Part shown: positions 41,225 through 53,685 of the stretch, in pieces
Position numbering within the stretch: position 1 is the stretch's first letter
Layout: each line of letters begins with the position of its first letter
Source: Candidatus Peregrinibacteria bacterium
GTDB lineage: Bacteria; Patescibacteriota; Gracilibacteria; UM-FILTER-43-11
Direction: 5' to 3'
Length of the DNA stretch: 64,000 bases
NCBI GenBank assembly: GCA_016934215.1
Contig: JAFGTE010000028.1
Coordinates: forward strand, 2,672-66,671
Translations under genes and position numbers: made by a program
Notes under the pieces: generated by a model
Told to the model about the DNA's origin: nothing
The model's database searches: none
Seen by the model: only the letters and a program-made list of their open reading frames with translations

Positions 41225-41328
41225 GTTTTAAGGTGTAACAGCAACTCATCTTAGCTTATCAAAAGGCATAATTGCAATGAAAATCCGCCTCAGGTATAAT
41301 CAATATCTCAACCACTCACCTTTTTTCA

Positions 41329-42819
41329 ATGTCGCTCTACCTTAAATACCGGCCACAGAATTTTGCCTCATTGGTGGGGCAGGATCACGCCAAAAAAACC
41401 ATTCAGAGTGCCCTTAAAAGTAACTCCCTTTCGCATGCCTATCTTTTTTGCGGACCAAGGGGAACCGGTAAGACGTCTCTCGCCAGAATTTTAGCGAAAG
41501 GTCTGAACTGTAAAAATCCGGTAGGGGATATGGAACCATGTAATAAATGTGAAATCTGTACTTCCATCAATGCAGGTAAACTGGTTGACCTCATTGAAAT
41601 AGATGCGGCAAGCAACCGTGGGATTGATGAAATTCGGGAACTTCGGGAAAAAATTGTCTTTGCACCTTCTCAGGCCAAAACTAAGGTCTATATTATTGAT
41701 GAAGTTCATATGCTGACCAAGGAAGCTTTCAATGCGCTTTTAAAAACGCTGGAAGAACCTCCTGCTCATGCCTACTTTGTTCTGGCAACCACCGAAGCAC
41801 ATAAGATTCCGGAAACGATCGTCTCCAGATGTCAGCAATTCAGTTTCAGCCGAATCAGCATATCCGATACGAGCCACCGGTTACAAGAGATCGCAGACAA
41901 TGAAGGAGCGTCCTACGAAAAAGAAGCACTCGATCTGATTGCCAAGCTGAGTGCAGGGGGTTTAAGAGATGCTATCGGACTTTTGGAACAAATGATGACG
42001 ACCGGAGAAGTGACTCAGGAAAGAGTCAGTGAACGTCTTGGTTTAACCGGTAGTGAGCATCTTGAAAAATTCTTTAAATATCTTCTTGAAAGAAAACCTC
42101 TGAAAGCGATTGAACTTCTGAATCAGATTAAAGTGAAAGGAAAAAGTATCCCCCAATTCCTTCAGGAACTGATCAGCCATTTCAGGGGGCATATGCTGAT
42201 CAACTTGGGTAATAGCCAGGATACCAGGATTATTTTGGGCTTTATTGAAATTTTCATCGAAGCCAGAAGGCAGATTGACCTGAGTCCGATCCCTGAATTG
42301 CCGATTGAAGTCGCGGTCATTAAGGCCTGTGAATTTAACAGCGATGAATCCGAAGAAGCAGAAAAAAAACCTGAAGTAAAAGTAAAAATTGAAACCATCG
42401 AAAAGAAGAAAGAAGAAAAGACTGCAAAAATGAAAGAATCGGAAACAATGCCGCCTGCTTCAGACAGGGGAGAGCTCCAAATTGAGCAGATCAAAAAAGA
42501 CTGGCAACGTGTATTGGAAGCCATTGATACGCCTTTTATCAAAATGTCGCTGACGGACGGAGAGCCGGTACGCTATGAAAGCGGTATTTTAACGATCGCT
42601 TTCAAATCCAACACGTTTATGGATAAAATTACAAATGCGGCAAACCAGGCAGTCGTGCAGAAAGCTTTTGAAAAAGTCCTTGGAAACAGATTATCACTCA
42701 ATCTTGAAGTGAAGAAAATGGAACTCAGCCCACTTACCAAAAAAACCAATAAGGAAGCAGAAAAAAAACCAAGTGCCGTGGAAATGGCCGCTGAAGTATT
42801 CGGTATTAAGAAAAGTTAG
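41329..42819 (+). CDS. dnaX: DNA polymerase III subunit gamma/tau
   Basis: KYRPQ.F, GPRGTGKTS, EIDAASN, IDEVHML, SRC. Confidence 0.97.
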   Translation: MSLYLKYRPQNFASLVGQDHAKKTIQSALKSNSLSHAYLFCGPRGTGKTSLARILAKGLNCKNPVGDMEPCNKCEICTSINAGKLVDLIEIDAASNRGIDEIRELREKIVFAPSQAKTKVYIIDEVHMLTKEAFNALLKTLEEPPAHAYFVLATTEAHKIPETIVSRCQQFSFSRISISDTSHRLQEIADNEGASYEKEALDLIAKLSAGGLRDAIGLLEQMMTTGEVTQERVSERLGLTGSEHLEKFFKYLLERKPLKAIELLNQIKVKGKSIPQFLQELISHFRGHMLINLGNSQDTRIILGFIEIFIEARRQIDLSPIPELPIEVAVIKACEFNSDESEEAEKKPEVKVKIETIEKKKEEKTAKMKESETMPPASDRGELQIEQIKKDWQRVLEAIDTPFIKMSLTDGEPVRYESGILTIAFKSNTFMDKITNAANQAVVQKAFEKVLGNRLSLNLEVKKMELSPLTKKTNKEAEKKPSAVEMAAEVFGIKKS

Positions 42820-43368
42820 ATGGACAAAGATGAAATCAGATCATCAGCCCTTAAGAAACGTAAAGCACTAAGCAGCGAAAAACAGGAGGAAAAAAGCGAA
42901 AAGATCATTAGCCGGTTAGAAGCACTGGATGTTTTTAAACAAGCCGAAGTGGTACTTATTTATTATTCTCATCATGGCGAAGTCCGTACACAGGAATTGA
43001 TGGCGCGCTGGATTGGCAGAAAACAATTCCTGCTTCCCAGACTGACAGAAGGAGATACGTTTCTGGTACAGCCCGTTTCATCACTGGAAACACTGGAGGA
43101 AAATCGATTTGGCATTCCGGAGCCGGCGGTGTCGGAAGTGGAAGCACCACGGCCGGATCTGATCGTTGTGCCGGGTGTCGCTTTTGACCGCGATGGAAAC
43201 CGTATCGGAATGGGGAGTGGTTACTACGATCGCTTTTTGGAAGATAAAAAAGATGTTCCTAAAGTAGCCCTGGCTTATAGTGAACAAGTTCTTGATGAAG
43301 TACCCAAAGAGCCGTATGATGAACCTGTCGATTACATCATCACGGAAGATGAGGTCATTCGATGTTAA
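42820..43368 (+). CDS. 5-formyltetrahydrofolate cyclo-ligase
   Basis: FGIPEP, D..VVPGVAFD..G.R.G.G.GYYDRFL. Confidence 0.93.
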   Translation: MDKDEIRSSALKKRKALSSEKQEEKSEKIISRLEALDVFKQAEVVLIYYSHHGEVRTQELMARWIGRKQFLLPRLTEGDTFLVQPVSSLETLEENRFGIPEPAVSEVEAPRPDLIVVPGVAFDRDGNRIGMGSGYYDRFLEDKKDVPKVALAYSEQVLDEVPKEPYDEPVDYIITEDEVIRC

Positions 43369-43390
43369 ATAGCCCTTCAATCATTTAATT

Positions 43391-44638
43391 ATGTATGAAA
43401 CTATCAAAAAACAAGACGAGGCGGTTTATAAATCAATGATCGCCGAGGCAAAACGCCAATCCGAAGGGATTGAGCTGATTCCGTCTGAGAATTATGTCTC
43501 TCAGGCCGTGCTGGAAGCCAACGGATCCATACTGACTAACAAATATTCAGAAGGGTACCCCGGCAAACGATATTATGGCGGTCAGGAAAATATCGATGCC
43601 ATCGAAAATCTCGCAATCGAAAGAGCCAAAAAACTCTTTGGCGCTGAGCACGCTAACGTGCAGCCTTATTCCGGTTCACCAGCCAACACGGCCATTTACT
43701 TTGCCTTGCTGGAATTCGGGGATACGGTGATGGGCCTGAAACTGGATCACGGCGGGCATATTACGCATGGTCTGCCGATTGCTTATTCAGGAAAAGCTTA
43801 CAATTTTGTGCAGTACGGCGTGAATCCTGAAACCGGTTATATCGATATGGAAGAAGTACGAAAGATGGCTCAGGAGCATAAACCGAAAATGATTGTGGCA
43901 GGGTTCACGGCTTACCCCAGAGACATTGAATGGAAGAAGTTTAAAGAAATTGCGGACGAAGTGGGTGCTTTGACGATGGCGGATATTTCTCATACCGCCG
44001 GCCTGGTGGCGGCAGGAGTGCTTGAATCACCTGTGCCTTATTTTGATGTCGTCATGACCACCACCCATAAAACTTTACGAGGTCCCCGCGGCGCCATTAT
44101 TCTGTGCAAAGAAGCACATGCCAAAGCCATCGATAAGGCTGTTTTTCCGGGGCTTCAGGGAGGTCCTCACGAACATGCGATTGCTGCCAAGGCGGTAGCT
44201 TTTGGTGAAGCACTCAAGCCTGAATTCAAAGAATACGCCGCTCAAGTGAAAAAGAATGCCTACCATCTGGCAGAAGAAATGAAAAAGAAAGGCTTCAAAT
44301 TGGTTTCAGACGGCACCGATACCCATCTTATTCTGGCTGATCTGACGAATAAAAACTTGCCGGGTAAAGAGGCACAGGTAGCATTGGATGAAGTAGGAAT
44401 CACTTTAAACAAAAATACGGTTCCCAATGATCCCCGAAGCCCCTTTGATCCTTCCGGCATAAGACTGGGCACTCCGGCCATCACCACAAGAGGCATGAAA
44501 GAACCCGAAATGGAAAGAATCGCTGATTGGATCGATCGCACTGTTACCGATCCTCAAAATCATGAGAATCTGAAGGTGATTAAAAAAGAAGTGGAAACAC
44601 TTTGTACTAAATTTCCGGTTCCGGGGATTAAACTATAA
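43391..44638 (+). CDS. glyA: Serine hydroxymethyltransferase
   Basis: [34 protein letters not shown]. Confidence 0.98.
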   Translation: MYETIKKQDEAVYKSMIAEAKRQSEGIELIPSENYVSQAVLEANGSILTNKYSEGYPGKRYYGGQENIDAIENLAIERAKKLFGAEHANVQPYSGSPANTAIYFALLEFGDTVMGLKLDHGGHITHGLPIAYSGKAYNFVQYGVNPETGYIDMEEVRKMAQEHKPKMIVAGFTAYPRDIEWKKFKEIADEVGALTMADISHTAGLVAAGVLESPVPYFDVVMTTTHKTLRGPRGAIILCKEAHAKAIDKAVFPGLQGGPHEHAIAAKAVAFGEALKPEFKEYAAQVKKNAYHLAEEMKKKGFKLVSDGTDTHLILADLTNKNLPGKEAQVALDEVGITLNKNTVPNDPRSPFDPSGIRLGTPAITTRGMKEPEMERIADWIDRTVTDPQNHENLKVIKKEVETLCTKFPVPGIKL

Positions 44639-44658
44639 CTTATAAAAACGATTCCACC

Positions 44659-46368
44659 ATGACGCTTAAAAAAATACTCACTGCCTGTTTTGCGGTCCTG
44701 ATCTTTCTGACACTCTCGCCTGAGAGTTACGCGCATGAATACAGAGATGTGCCGCCTGAATCCAGTTATTATTATCCTATTCACTACCTGAGGCGTAATG
44801 ATGTGTTTAAGGACACGCCTTACTTCTACCCCGATATACTGATCAGCAAAGCTGAATTTATAAAATATCTGGTTATTTTAAACAGCCCTGACTTCAAACC
44901 GTCCGGTTATGCAGATTTACCTTTCGAAGACACCCGCAATACGGCGTGGTATGCCTCCTATTTTAAGGAGGCCATCAAACTTGGAATTCTGGATGACCGG
45001 GAACGCAAAATGGAACCTGATAAAAAATTAACGGTGATTGATGCCCTAACTCTTCTCTTCCATTCACAGAGCATCCCCATTCCAAATGTTTATAAGGGAA
45101 ACATTCCCTATACGGATGTCGCAAGAAATACACAGGCCGCACCGCTTATCATGAGAGCTCTTACCTTTGATCTGATCGTACCTATACGAAACGATTATGT
45201 GGGTATCTATCAACGAGTCACTCGCGCCCAGGCGGCACGCATGATCTACAAACTGGACCTTGCTACGTTAGGGGGACCTTATTCAAATGTCCTGCCTCAG
45301 ACAAGTTCTTATACCCCCGAACTTGAGAAAGTGATCGGTGCCTGGGAACTGATTGAAGAAACTTATTTGAACCGCGATCAAATTGATTCATATGAACTGT
45401 CTGATGAAGTAATCAGACATCTGGTTCAGCAGCTGGATGATCCTTATTCGGTCTATATGAACACCGAAGAAAACAAAAACTTCCAGAGTTCAATAGACGG
45501 TGAAATAGAAGGAATCGGCGCAGTAATCGGATTTAATGAAAATGATGAAGTTTCCATAATCAGCCCGATTAAAGACAGCCCCGCCGATAAAATCGGTCTG
45601 ATGCCTAAAGACGTGATCATCGAGGTGGATGAACAGCCGATTAAAGGCATGAGCCTGGAAGAGGTTGTTAATCTGATCAAAGGACCCAAAGGCACCACCG
45701 TTAAAATCCGGATTAAACGATCCACGGGTTACAAGACCTTTATTATAGAAAGAGCACTCATCAATATTCCTTCGCTGGAATATGAACTGCTGGAAAACGG
45801 AAGCATCATGCATATTATGCTCTACCAGTTCAACAGTGACGCGGCTGCCCAGTTCAGTGAAGCGGTAAATGATATCCAGGCCGACGGAAAGATTAAAGGA
45901 CTCATTCTTGACCTCAGAGGGGATCCGGGAGGACTTCTGGACCAGGCTATCGATATTTTAGGCCATTTTATCAAAGCACAGGAAGAAGTGGTAACTATTC
46001 ATTATAGCGATTACACTCAGGTACTTCTCAGCCGCGGAGATGCTAAGCTCAATGACTTTCCGACTGTTGTACTGATTGACTCAGGCAGTGCTTCTGCTTC
46101 TGAAATCGTAGCTGGTGCACTTAAAGATTACGACCTGGCCACGCTTATGGGAGAAACCAGTTTCGGTAAGGGGACGGTACAGGAAGTTAGCTATTTTACA
46201 GACAGCTCAAGCGTTAAACTAACAGTGGCCAAATGGCTCACTCCCGGCAAAGAAGAGATTGAAGGACAGGGGATTACCCCGGATATTTCCGTGATCGACA
46301 ATCAAAGTACGGAAGCCGATGAGCAGTTAGATCGGGCAATTCAGGAATTAAGACAACTCATGCGCTGA
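44659..46368 (+). CDS. S41 family C-terminal processing peptidase with SLH-like repeats and PDZ domain
   Basis: F.D....WY SLH-like repeats, DPYS, GIGA PDZ, DLR.DPGG, SASASEI, GKGTVQ. Confidence 0.9.
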   Translation: MTLKKILTACFAVLIFLTLSPESYAHEYRDVPPESSYYYPIHYLRRNDVFKDTPYFYPDILISKAEFIKYLVILNSPDFKPSGYADLPFEDTRNTAWYASYFKEAIKLGILDDRERKMEPDKKLTVIDALTLLFHSQSIPIPNVYKGNIPYTDVARNTQAAPLIMRALTFDLIVPIRNDYVGIYQRVTRAQAARMIYKLDLATLGGPYSNVLPQTSSYTPELEKVIGAWELIEETYLNRDQIDSYELSDEVIRHLVQQLDDPYSVYMNTEENKNFQSSIDGEIEGIGAVIGFNENDEVSIISPIKDSPADKIGLMPKDVIIEVDEQPIKGMSLEEVVNLIKGPKGTTVKIRIKRSTGYKTFIIERALINIPSLEYELLENGSIMHIMLYQFNSDAAAQFSEAVNDIQADGKIKGLILDLRGDPGGLLDQAIDILGHFIKAQEEVVTIHYSDYTQVLLSRGDAKLNDFPTVVLIDSGSASASEIVAGALKDYDLATLMGETSFGKGTVQEVSYFTDSSSVKLTVAKWLTPGKEEIEGQGITPDISVIDNQSTEADEQLDRAIQELRQLMR

Positions 46369-46937
46369 TGATGGGTATTATTCTTGCCTCAGGAAGTCCT
46401 CAGAGAAAGAAAATTCTGAAAAAGATGGGACTCCGCTTTAAGGTCATTCCGGCTCATATTAATGAGCATTATTCAGGTTTTATAAAACCTCACGCCATCG
46501 TAAAATCAATTGCCCGAAGGAAAGCGGAGGTGATTGCTGAAAAATATCCTTCCGACTGGGTGATTGGCTGCGATACCATCGTCTGTTTAAGCAATGGTGA
46601 GATTTCAGTAAAACCAAGAGGCAGAGCAGACGCCAAACGCATTTTAAAGTGTTACCGGGGCAGTTATTGTGATGTTTATTCAGGCCTGGCATTGATGCAT
46701 AAAAAATCCGGAGAGGAATTTGTCAGCTTTGAACGAACGCGCATTCACTTTAGAAATTTCAGCCATAAAAGCTTAGAAGAATATCTGGATACCGGTGATT
46801 GGAAAGGGCGTTCCGGAGCAATGACCATTGAAGGAAAGGGGCACTGGACGACGAAAATGGAAGGGGAATACTGGAATGTCGTGGGCCTGCCGGTTGATTT
46901 ATTAAAAAAGTACCTGAAAATGGCCCATATTGTTTGA
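46368..46937 (+). CDS. maf: Maf family nucleotide pyrophosphatase
   Basis: IILASGSP.R, IG.DT.V, KP, NVVGLP. Confidence 0.9.
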   Translation: MMGIILASGSPQRKKILKKMGLRFKVIPAHINEHYSGFIKPHAIVKSIARRKAEVIAEKYPSDWVIGCDTIVCLSNGEISVKPRGRADAKRILKCYRGSYCDVYSGLALMHKKSGEEFVSFERTRIHFRNFSHKSLEEYLDTGDWKGRSGAMTIEGKGHWTTKMEGEYWNVVGLPVDLLKKYLKMAHIV

Positions 46938-46959
46938 CGCCCTTCATGGCTTTTGATAA

Positions 46960-48306
<1,347 letters not shown>

Positions 48307-48315
48307 TCACTAACC

Positions 48316-48831
48316 ATGTTTGAGGTTGAAGCTAAAGTGCCCATCAGCAAAGGCGAATTTAAGCATCTAAAAAAAAGGCTCAAAAAAGAAGCCCAGTCAT
48401 TGGGTAGCCGAATCAGTCAGGACACCTATTATGATAACCCCAAAAATGTTTTCATCCGTATCCGGAAAAGGGGAGGGGAGAGCACCTTGAATATCAAGAA
48501 AAGACAAACAATCAGCGGTATAGAATCAAACATAGAAAGTGAATGGCAAATAAAAAACGCAGCCAAATGGAAAACGCTGCTAAAAAGACTTAATATACTG
48601 CCTCATGTCCGCAAAACAAAAAAGAGTCTCCTTTTTAAAAAGAATGGCTTTATTATAGAACTTAATCATGTCAGACTACTTGGGTATTATCTGGAAATAG
48701 AGCGCCTGGTAAAAAGTAAAAAAGAAGTTCCAATAGCAAAAAAAGAACTGATAAAACTATTTAATCAACTTGGTTTCTCAATAAAACAATTTGAATCAAG
48801 ACCTTATCTGGAATTACTCGCCAATGTTTGA
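48316..48831 (+). CDS. CYTH domain (CyaB-like) protein
   Basis: N-terminal EVEAK (ExExK), Q.D.YY, RIR, LG.YLEIE. Confidence 0.85.
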   Translation: MFEVEAKVPISKGEFKHLKKRLKKEAQSLGSRISQDTYYDNPKNVFIRIRKRGGESTLNIKKRQTISGIESNIESEWQIKNAAKWKTLLKRLNILPHVRKTKKSLLFKKNGFIIELNHVRLLGYYLEIERLVKSKKEVPIAKKELIKLFNQLGFSIKQFESRPYLELLANV

Positions 48832-50098
48832 ATTTCTGAAAAAGAAAACAAAGGATGAGGCCATTCTGGCTCTCGATATAGGAACGGAAATCGTTAAAGC
48901 GGCTATTTTTGTTATCGAAGAAAAACAAAGTACATCAGGCGAAGTGATTGGTAAACGAGCCATTATTAAAGGATTCGGAACCATCCGGCAAAGACTTGGA
49001 GATATACAAAATGGCGTCGTTACCGATATTGCCAGCGTGGTACATAACTGTAAAGAAGCGATTCGTATTGCCAGTCAGGAATCAGGAATGACGCCTGGTC
49101 AAATGGTAATGGGGATCGCCGGCGAATTTGTAAAAGGAGCGACTTCAACCATTGCCTATAATCGTGATGAACATGACGCAAAGATCAATCTGACAGAACT
49201 CCGGAATATCGTACACAAACTCCAATGGCGGGCCTTTGCCGAAGTACGCAAACAGCTCAGTGAAGAAACCGGTTATCCGGAAATCGATATCAAACTGGTC
49301 AACACAGCCATTGTGGATGTAAGGATCGATGGTTATAAAGTAACCAATCCTTTGGGCTTTCAGGGGAAAAAAGTCCAGATGAGTATCTTTAATTCATTTG
49401 CTCCGCTCGTTCATTTCAGTGCGTTGCAAAATATTGCGGATGAACTGGATATAGATCTTCTTAGTATTATTTCAGAGCCTTATTCCGTTGCCAGATGTCT
49501 GGATTTTGAAGACGGGAATGTATCTGCGATATTCATTGATATCGGCGGTGGTACAACCGACATTGCCGTAGTCGAAAACGGGGCTGTAATCGGCACCAAG
49601 ATGTTCGCTTTGGGGGGACGAACGTTTACAAAAAGGCTCGCCGTGGAACTTAATATTTCTTTTCAGGAAGCGGAAAAACTTAAAATAGCCTATACCTCCG
49701 ACAAATTAGAAGCGAAATCCAAAAAGATCATCACCGATATCATTCATAACGACACGGAGGTTTGGCTGGAAGGAATAATTATATCCCTTGCTGAATTCAA
49801 AGACCTTGAAGTTCTGCCATCACGCATCTTATTATGCGGCGGCGGAACCCATCTGGGTGAAATAAAGGAAATTCTGAACGAAACCAAGTGGTATAAAAAG
49901 CTTCATTTTGCCAGAACTCCGCAGGCCAGTTACATGAAACCCTCCGATATCGGCAATGTGATCGATGAAACGAAAAAAATCAAGGACCAGCAGGACATTA
50001 CCCCCATGAGTCTGGTGAATATCGGCATCGAACTGGCAGGGGAGGAGACAGTGACGCAGAAGGCTCTGAGGAAGGTAATCGGGATTATGAAAGTGTAA
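48824..50098 (+). CDS. FtsA-like actin-family ATPase
   Basis: ALDIGT..VK, IDIGGGTTD.A, LCGGG; no ftsZ adjacent. Confidence 0.8.
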   Translation: MFEFLKKKTKDEAILALDIGTEIVKAAIFVIEEKQSTSGEVIGKRAIIKGFGTIRQRLGDIQNGVVTDIASVVHNCKEAIRIASQESGMTPGQMVMGIAGEFVKGATSTIAYNRDEHDAKINLTELRNIVHKLQWRAFAEVRKQLSEETGYPEIDIKLVNTAIVDVRIDGYKVTNPLGFQGKKVQMSIFNSFAPLVHFSALQNIADELDIDLLSIISEPYSVARCLDFEDGNVSAIFIDIGGGTTDIAVVENGAVIGTKMFALGGRTFTKRLAVELNISFQEAEKLKIAYTSDKLEAKSKKIITDIIHNDTEVWLEGIIISLAEFKDLEVLPSRILLCGGGTHLGEIKEILNETKWYKKLHFARTPQASYMKPSDIGNVIDETKKIKDQQDITPMSLVNIGIELAGEETVTQKALRKVIGIMKV

Positions 50099-50158
50099 TT
50101 GACGTATACCTATATATATAGTAATCTATGCTTCACTTTATGGTAGCATGATTTTTTA

Positions 50159-50809
50159 ATGAGTCTCAGGGCATTTTTTACTTCCATCAACGGCCTTCAC
50201 GAAAGACAGGACCGGGAACTGGAGGCGACACTTAAAAGAAGTCCGCTCATTGGTTCTTTTCAGCGGATCAAACGTGACGCGGAAGGGCAGGGTGGGGAAG
50301 CATTAGTAGTGGATAGGACCCGGGAAAGTATTATTTACCTTGTTGCAGGACCACTTGATAGTGTCGACAGGCTGACTCACCGGCTCTGGGATGAAAAATA
50401 TGTCAGAAGGCACACTTATTTCGCCAGAAGAATCCGTGAAGAAGCAAGAGAGTGGGGAAGTACGTCGGCCAATGTCACGCTTGTCAGAAATGCAGCCAGC
50501 ACAGACCTGCTGACAGCGGTAAGGGATGGCGGAAAAAGAACCGGAATTGTCATAGACGGCCATGGTTGTACCAGCTGGGTGAACATGACAGACGAAAATG
50601 GGAAAAGAGTAACCAATAAAATACTGAAAGAAGTAGTCGGACCGGAAAAAATCAGGATTCTGGTGAAGGCCACCTGTCGTGAATCCGATATGGAAGATAC
50701 TCAGGAGCTGCTCAGACAAGGAAATGAAGTACAATTTGGTGAAAGTATTGCACAAAAAACATTACTGCCTCCATTTTTTGGTGAAATCGGTCCGCCATGG
50801 GAAAAATAA
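50159..50809 (+). CDS. Hypothetical protein
   Basis: 216-aa ORF with own promoter-like region. Confidence 0.6.
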   Translation: MSLRAFFTSINGLHERQDRELEATLKRSPLIGSFQRIKRDAEGQGGEALVVDRTRESIIYLVAGPLDSVDRLTHRLWDEKYVRRHTYFARRIREEAREWGSTSANVTLVRNAASTDLLTAVRDGGKRTGIVIDGHGCTSWVNMTDENGKRVTNKILKEVVGPEKIRILVKATCRESDMEDTQELLRQGNEVQFGESIAQKTLLPPFFGEIGPPWEK

Positions 50810-50889
50810 ATGGCGGAGAAGGGTAATTTAAGCAAAATAAAAAATCCCGTACAATGTATCTTGTACGGATAATATAATGGCCTTTTGGC

Positions 50890-51651
50890 CTAACTGATAT
50901 CATCAGCTCTTATAATGAGTCTTCGCAAGGTTGTTCCCACCGGCGTGCAGGTCATTAATGTTGAAACTTTTTTGTCGTGAGGCTGCTGAAGCACATTCAC
51001 GTTATCCGGCTGTACTTCAAACTTTTCACGAACTTTGTAAGTATACTTTTTCTGATCGTAATAAACATAATACTCATCACCGATTTCTAGCTGGCCCAGC
51101 ACAGCAAAGACGTCCTTGAACTGGCCCGGATCCCAAGGGTAATAAGAGCTGTGTCCGGTAATAAATACATTGCCAACCTGACCGGGGGCGGCCGTACCCG
51201 GATAATGAACCACACCCTGCTGAAGACCGGACTGGATCTGCTTTTCAAGTTCTGCCCAGTTTTCACCTTCAATATGCTCAGCAGACATATTGACGATCGG
51301 CACACTTTTTCCGAGCTTGGGAATCACCAGTCGATTATCAGTTGGAACTACGGGGAAATCATACCAGACATAATGTTTCTGTATTTCAGCCTCACCATCA
51401 ATCACGGGCAATAACAGATCAGGATCAACTTTAGCACTGGAAGCTGTTAAAACCCGCTGTGCTTCCACCTGGGTTTCAGATTTAAGCACATTGGCTAGAA
51501 TGGAGGTATAGGCCTGATAATTCAGTGCAAAAAAGGAAACGGCGAAAATAAGCCCCGTCACCACAAAAAAACGGATCATTTGCCAGATCTTGTCACCCAC
51601 GGTGACTTCTTCGTACGTAACGGCCCGTTCCTGTTCATAGATTGGTTGCAC
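50890..51651 (-). CDS. Sortase
   Basis: TM anchor, GV.HYPGT..PG..GN..ITGHS, TL.TC.P.GT...R. Confidence 0.92.
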   Translation of the reverse strand: MQPIYEQERAVTYEEVTVGDKIWQMIRFFVVTGLIFAVSFFALNYQAYTSILANVLKSETQVEAQRVLTASSAKVDPDLLLPVIDGEAEIQKHYVWYDFPVVPTDNRLVIPKLGKSVPIVNMSAEHIEGENWAELEKQIQSGLQQGVVHYPGTAAPGQVGNVFITGHSSYYPWDPGQFKDVFAVLGQLEIGDEYYVYYDQKKYTYKVREKFEVQPDNVNVLQQPHDKKVSTLMTCTPVGTTLRRLIIRADDIS

Positions 51652-51765
51652 GTTCTTTTTATTATATCAAATTTTTGGCTTCTATACAATAATATACAGA
51701 GATTAAAGGTTAACATCAAATCCCTATTTTGTCAATAGTAAAAGGAGGGGATTCGGCCTTCTAAT

Positions 51766-53286
51766 TTACACAGCAATTCTGGGGAATATGATCTCAGCAT
51801 CCCCCAGTTTCTTCCAATCAGTAAGCACTCCCCATCCGTCTTCTCTTTCCTTTACGATTTCAGCCGGAAGACCCAGTTGTCTGCGGATTTTTTGGCTGGT
51901 TTCAGGGATAAACGGACTAATCAGGAGGCTAATATGCCGCAAAATTTCCAGCAGATTACAAAGAACCCCTCTCCCCTTCTCCGGCTCTTTCTTCAGCAGG
52001 CTCCAGGGCTTTTCATCTTCCATCACCTTATTGGCATAATCAATAAGCCGCCAGACGTGGAAAATAGCTTCGTGAAGGTCAAAATTGTTCATATCCTCCG
52101 TATATTTCTTCCAGGTTTCATCTACCTTTTTCTTATACGGCTCAAAATCTCTGTCAAAGATAAAATCACCTATTTCATTGCGGGCGATCAGGGTATGTAC
52201 ACGATTGAGCAGATTTCCCAGATTATTGGCAAGATCCGCGTTATAGCGCTCTACAAAAAGCTTATCGTTAAAATCACCGTCCCGGCCCGTCGGGATTTCC
52301 CGTAAAAGGTAATAACGCAGGACGTCTTTACCGTAACGCTCGGTCATATCCACAGGATCCACCACGTTGCCCAGCGTCTTACTCATCTTTTCCCCGTTAT
52401 GAGTGATAAAACCGTGGATCAGAATGGATTTGGGAAGCGGTATTTCCGCGGAAAGCAGCATACCGATCCAGATACCGGCATGAAAGCGAACAATATCCTT
52501 TCCGATCACATGTACGTCCGCAGGCCAATAATGCTTGTATAAATCCGTTTCTTCCGCATAACCGATCGCTGAAATATAGTTCGTCAGTGCATCGCACCAC
52601 ACGTACATCACCTGAGAATCATCCCCCGGAACGTCCACCCCCCAAGGCAGTACATCACGAGGCCGGCTGAAGCTGACATCAAGCAGGCCTTCTTTGGCAA
52701 TATTTAAAAATTCTGCCTGACGGCTTTCCGGAAGCAGTTTCAGTGTTCCGTTTTCAATCAGTTCAACGATTTGATTACTGTATTTAGAAAGTTTAAAGAA
52801 ATAATTTTTTTCCTTCAGCGGCACGGGCGGTTTTTTATGAATTGGACAATTGCCGTTGGCCAATTCCGTTTCCTTTAAAAAGACCTCACAGCCCTCACAG
52901 TACAAACCCTCATATTCTTTTTCATAGATATCCCCTTTTTCGGCCAGCTTCTTCCATAACTTCTGGCAGGCGGGCCAATGACGTTTACGGTCTGAGGTTT
53001 GAATAAAATCATCATAAGAAAGATCCAAAATCTCCTGCAAATTCTTAAAAAGCCTGGCATTCTCATTTACCAGATCCTGGGTATCTTTGCCAGTCTTTTT
53101 AGCGGTATTATACATTTTAACGCCATGTTCATCCGTACCTGTCAGAAAATAGGTATCGTAACCCATCATCCGTTTATAGCGCGCAATGGCGTCCGTCTGA
53201 ATGAACTCGAGCGCATGCCCCAAATGAGGCGGCGCATTCACGTAAGCAATAGCCGTTGTAATGTAAAACTTGTCCTGGGAAGGCAT
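51766..53286 (-). CDS. metG: Methionine--tRNA ligase
   Basis: HLGH, GTDEHG, YVW.DAL.NY, KMSKT. Confidence 0.97.
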   Translation of the reverse strand: MPSQDKFYITTAIAYVNAPPHLGHALEFIQTDAIARYKRMMGYDTYFLTGTDEHGVKMYNTAKKTGKDTQDLVNENARLFKNLQEILDLSYDDFIQTSDRKRHWPACQKLWKKLAEKGDIYEKEYEGLYCEGCEVFLKETELANGNCPIHKKPPVPLKEKNYFFKLSKYSNQIVELIENGTLKLLPESRQAEFLNIAKEGLLDVSFSRPRDVLPWGVDVPGDDSQVMYVWCDALTNYISAIGYAEETDLYKHYWPADVHVIGKDIVRFHAGIWIGMLLSAEIPLPKSILIHGFITHNGEKMSKTLGNVVDPVDMTERYGKDVLRYYLLREIPTGRDGDFNDKLFVERYNADLANNLGNLLNRVHTLIARNEIGDFIFDRDFEPYKKKVDETWKKYTEDMNNFDLHEAIFHVWRLIDYANKVMEDEKPWSLLKKEPEKGRGVLCNLLEILRHISLLISPFIPETSQKIRRQLGLPAEIVKEREDGWGVLTDWKKLGDAEIIFPRIAV

Positions 53287-53685
53287 TTAAGTAGTGGCTT
53301 TAAATATTAAACTAATCAAGTTGGTGACAAGCGCGTAAGCCAGAATCACTACAAAAAGCCCGATGACTGCTGACTTGATGATGCCGAGCGCTTTTTCCTT
53401 CTGTTCCGTATTTCCCACCGCTGTGATAAACCGGATACCTCCGTAAATCAGCATGAGAACCGCTACGGAGCCGGAAGCATACAAAATAAGGTCGATTAAA
53501 AAATTAATAATGTTCACTACCTTGTTTTCTGCTGAAACAGAACCTGTATCGCCTCCCGGTAAATTCTCAGGCCTGTACACTTCTTCACGAAAGTCTTCTA
53601 AAGTAAGCCCAAAAGCTGAGGCGGCCATCAAAGGAAACAGCAGGACCAGCCCGACGATATAAAATATATGTTTTTTCATATTCAT
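53287..53685 (-). CDS. VirB2/TrbC-like pilin
   Basis: AVLMLIYGG..FIT..GN.E...KA...I..A.IGL.V...AY. Confidence 0.75.
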   Translation of the reverse strand: MNMKKHIFYIVGLVLLFPLMAASAFGLTLEDFREEVYRPENLPGGDTGSVSAENKVVNIINFLIDLILYASGSVAVLMLIYGGIRFITAVGNTEQKEKALGIIKSAVIGLFVVILAYALVTNLISLIFKATT

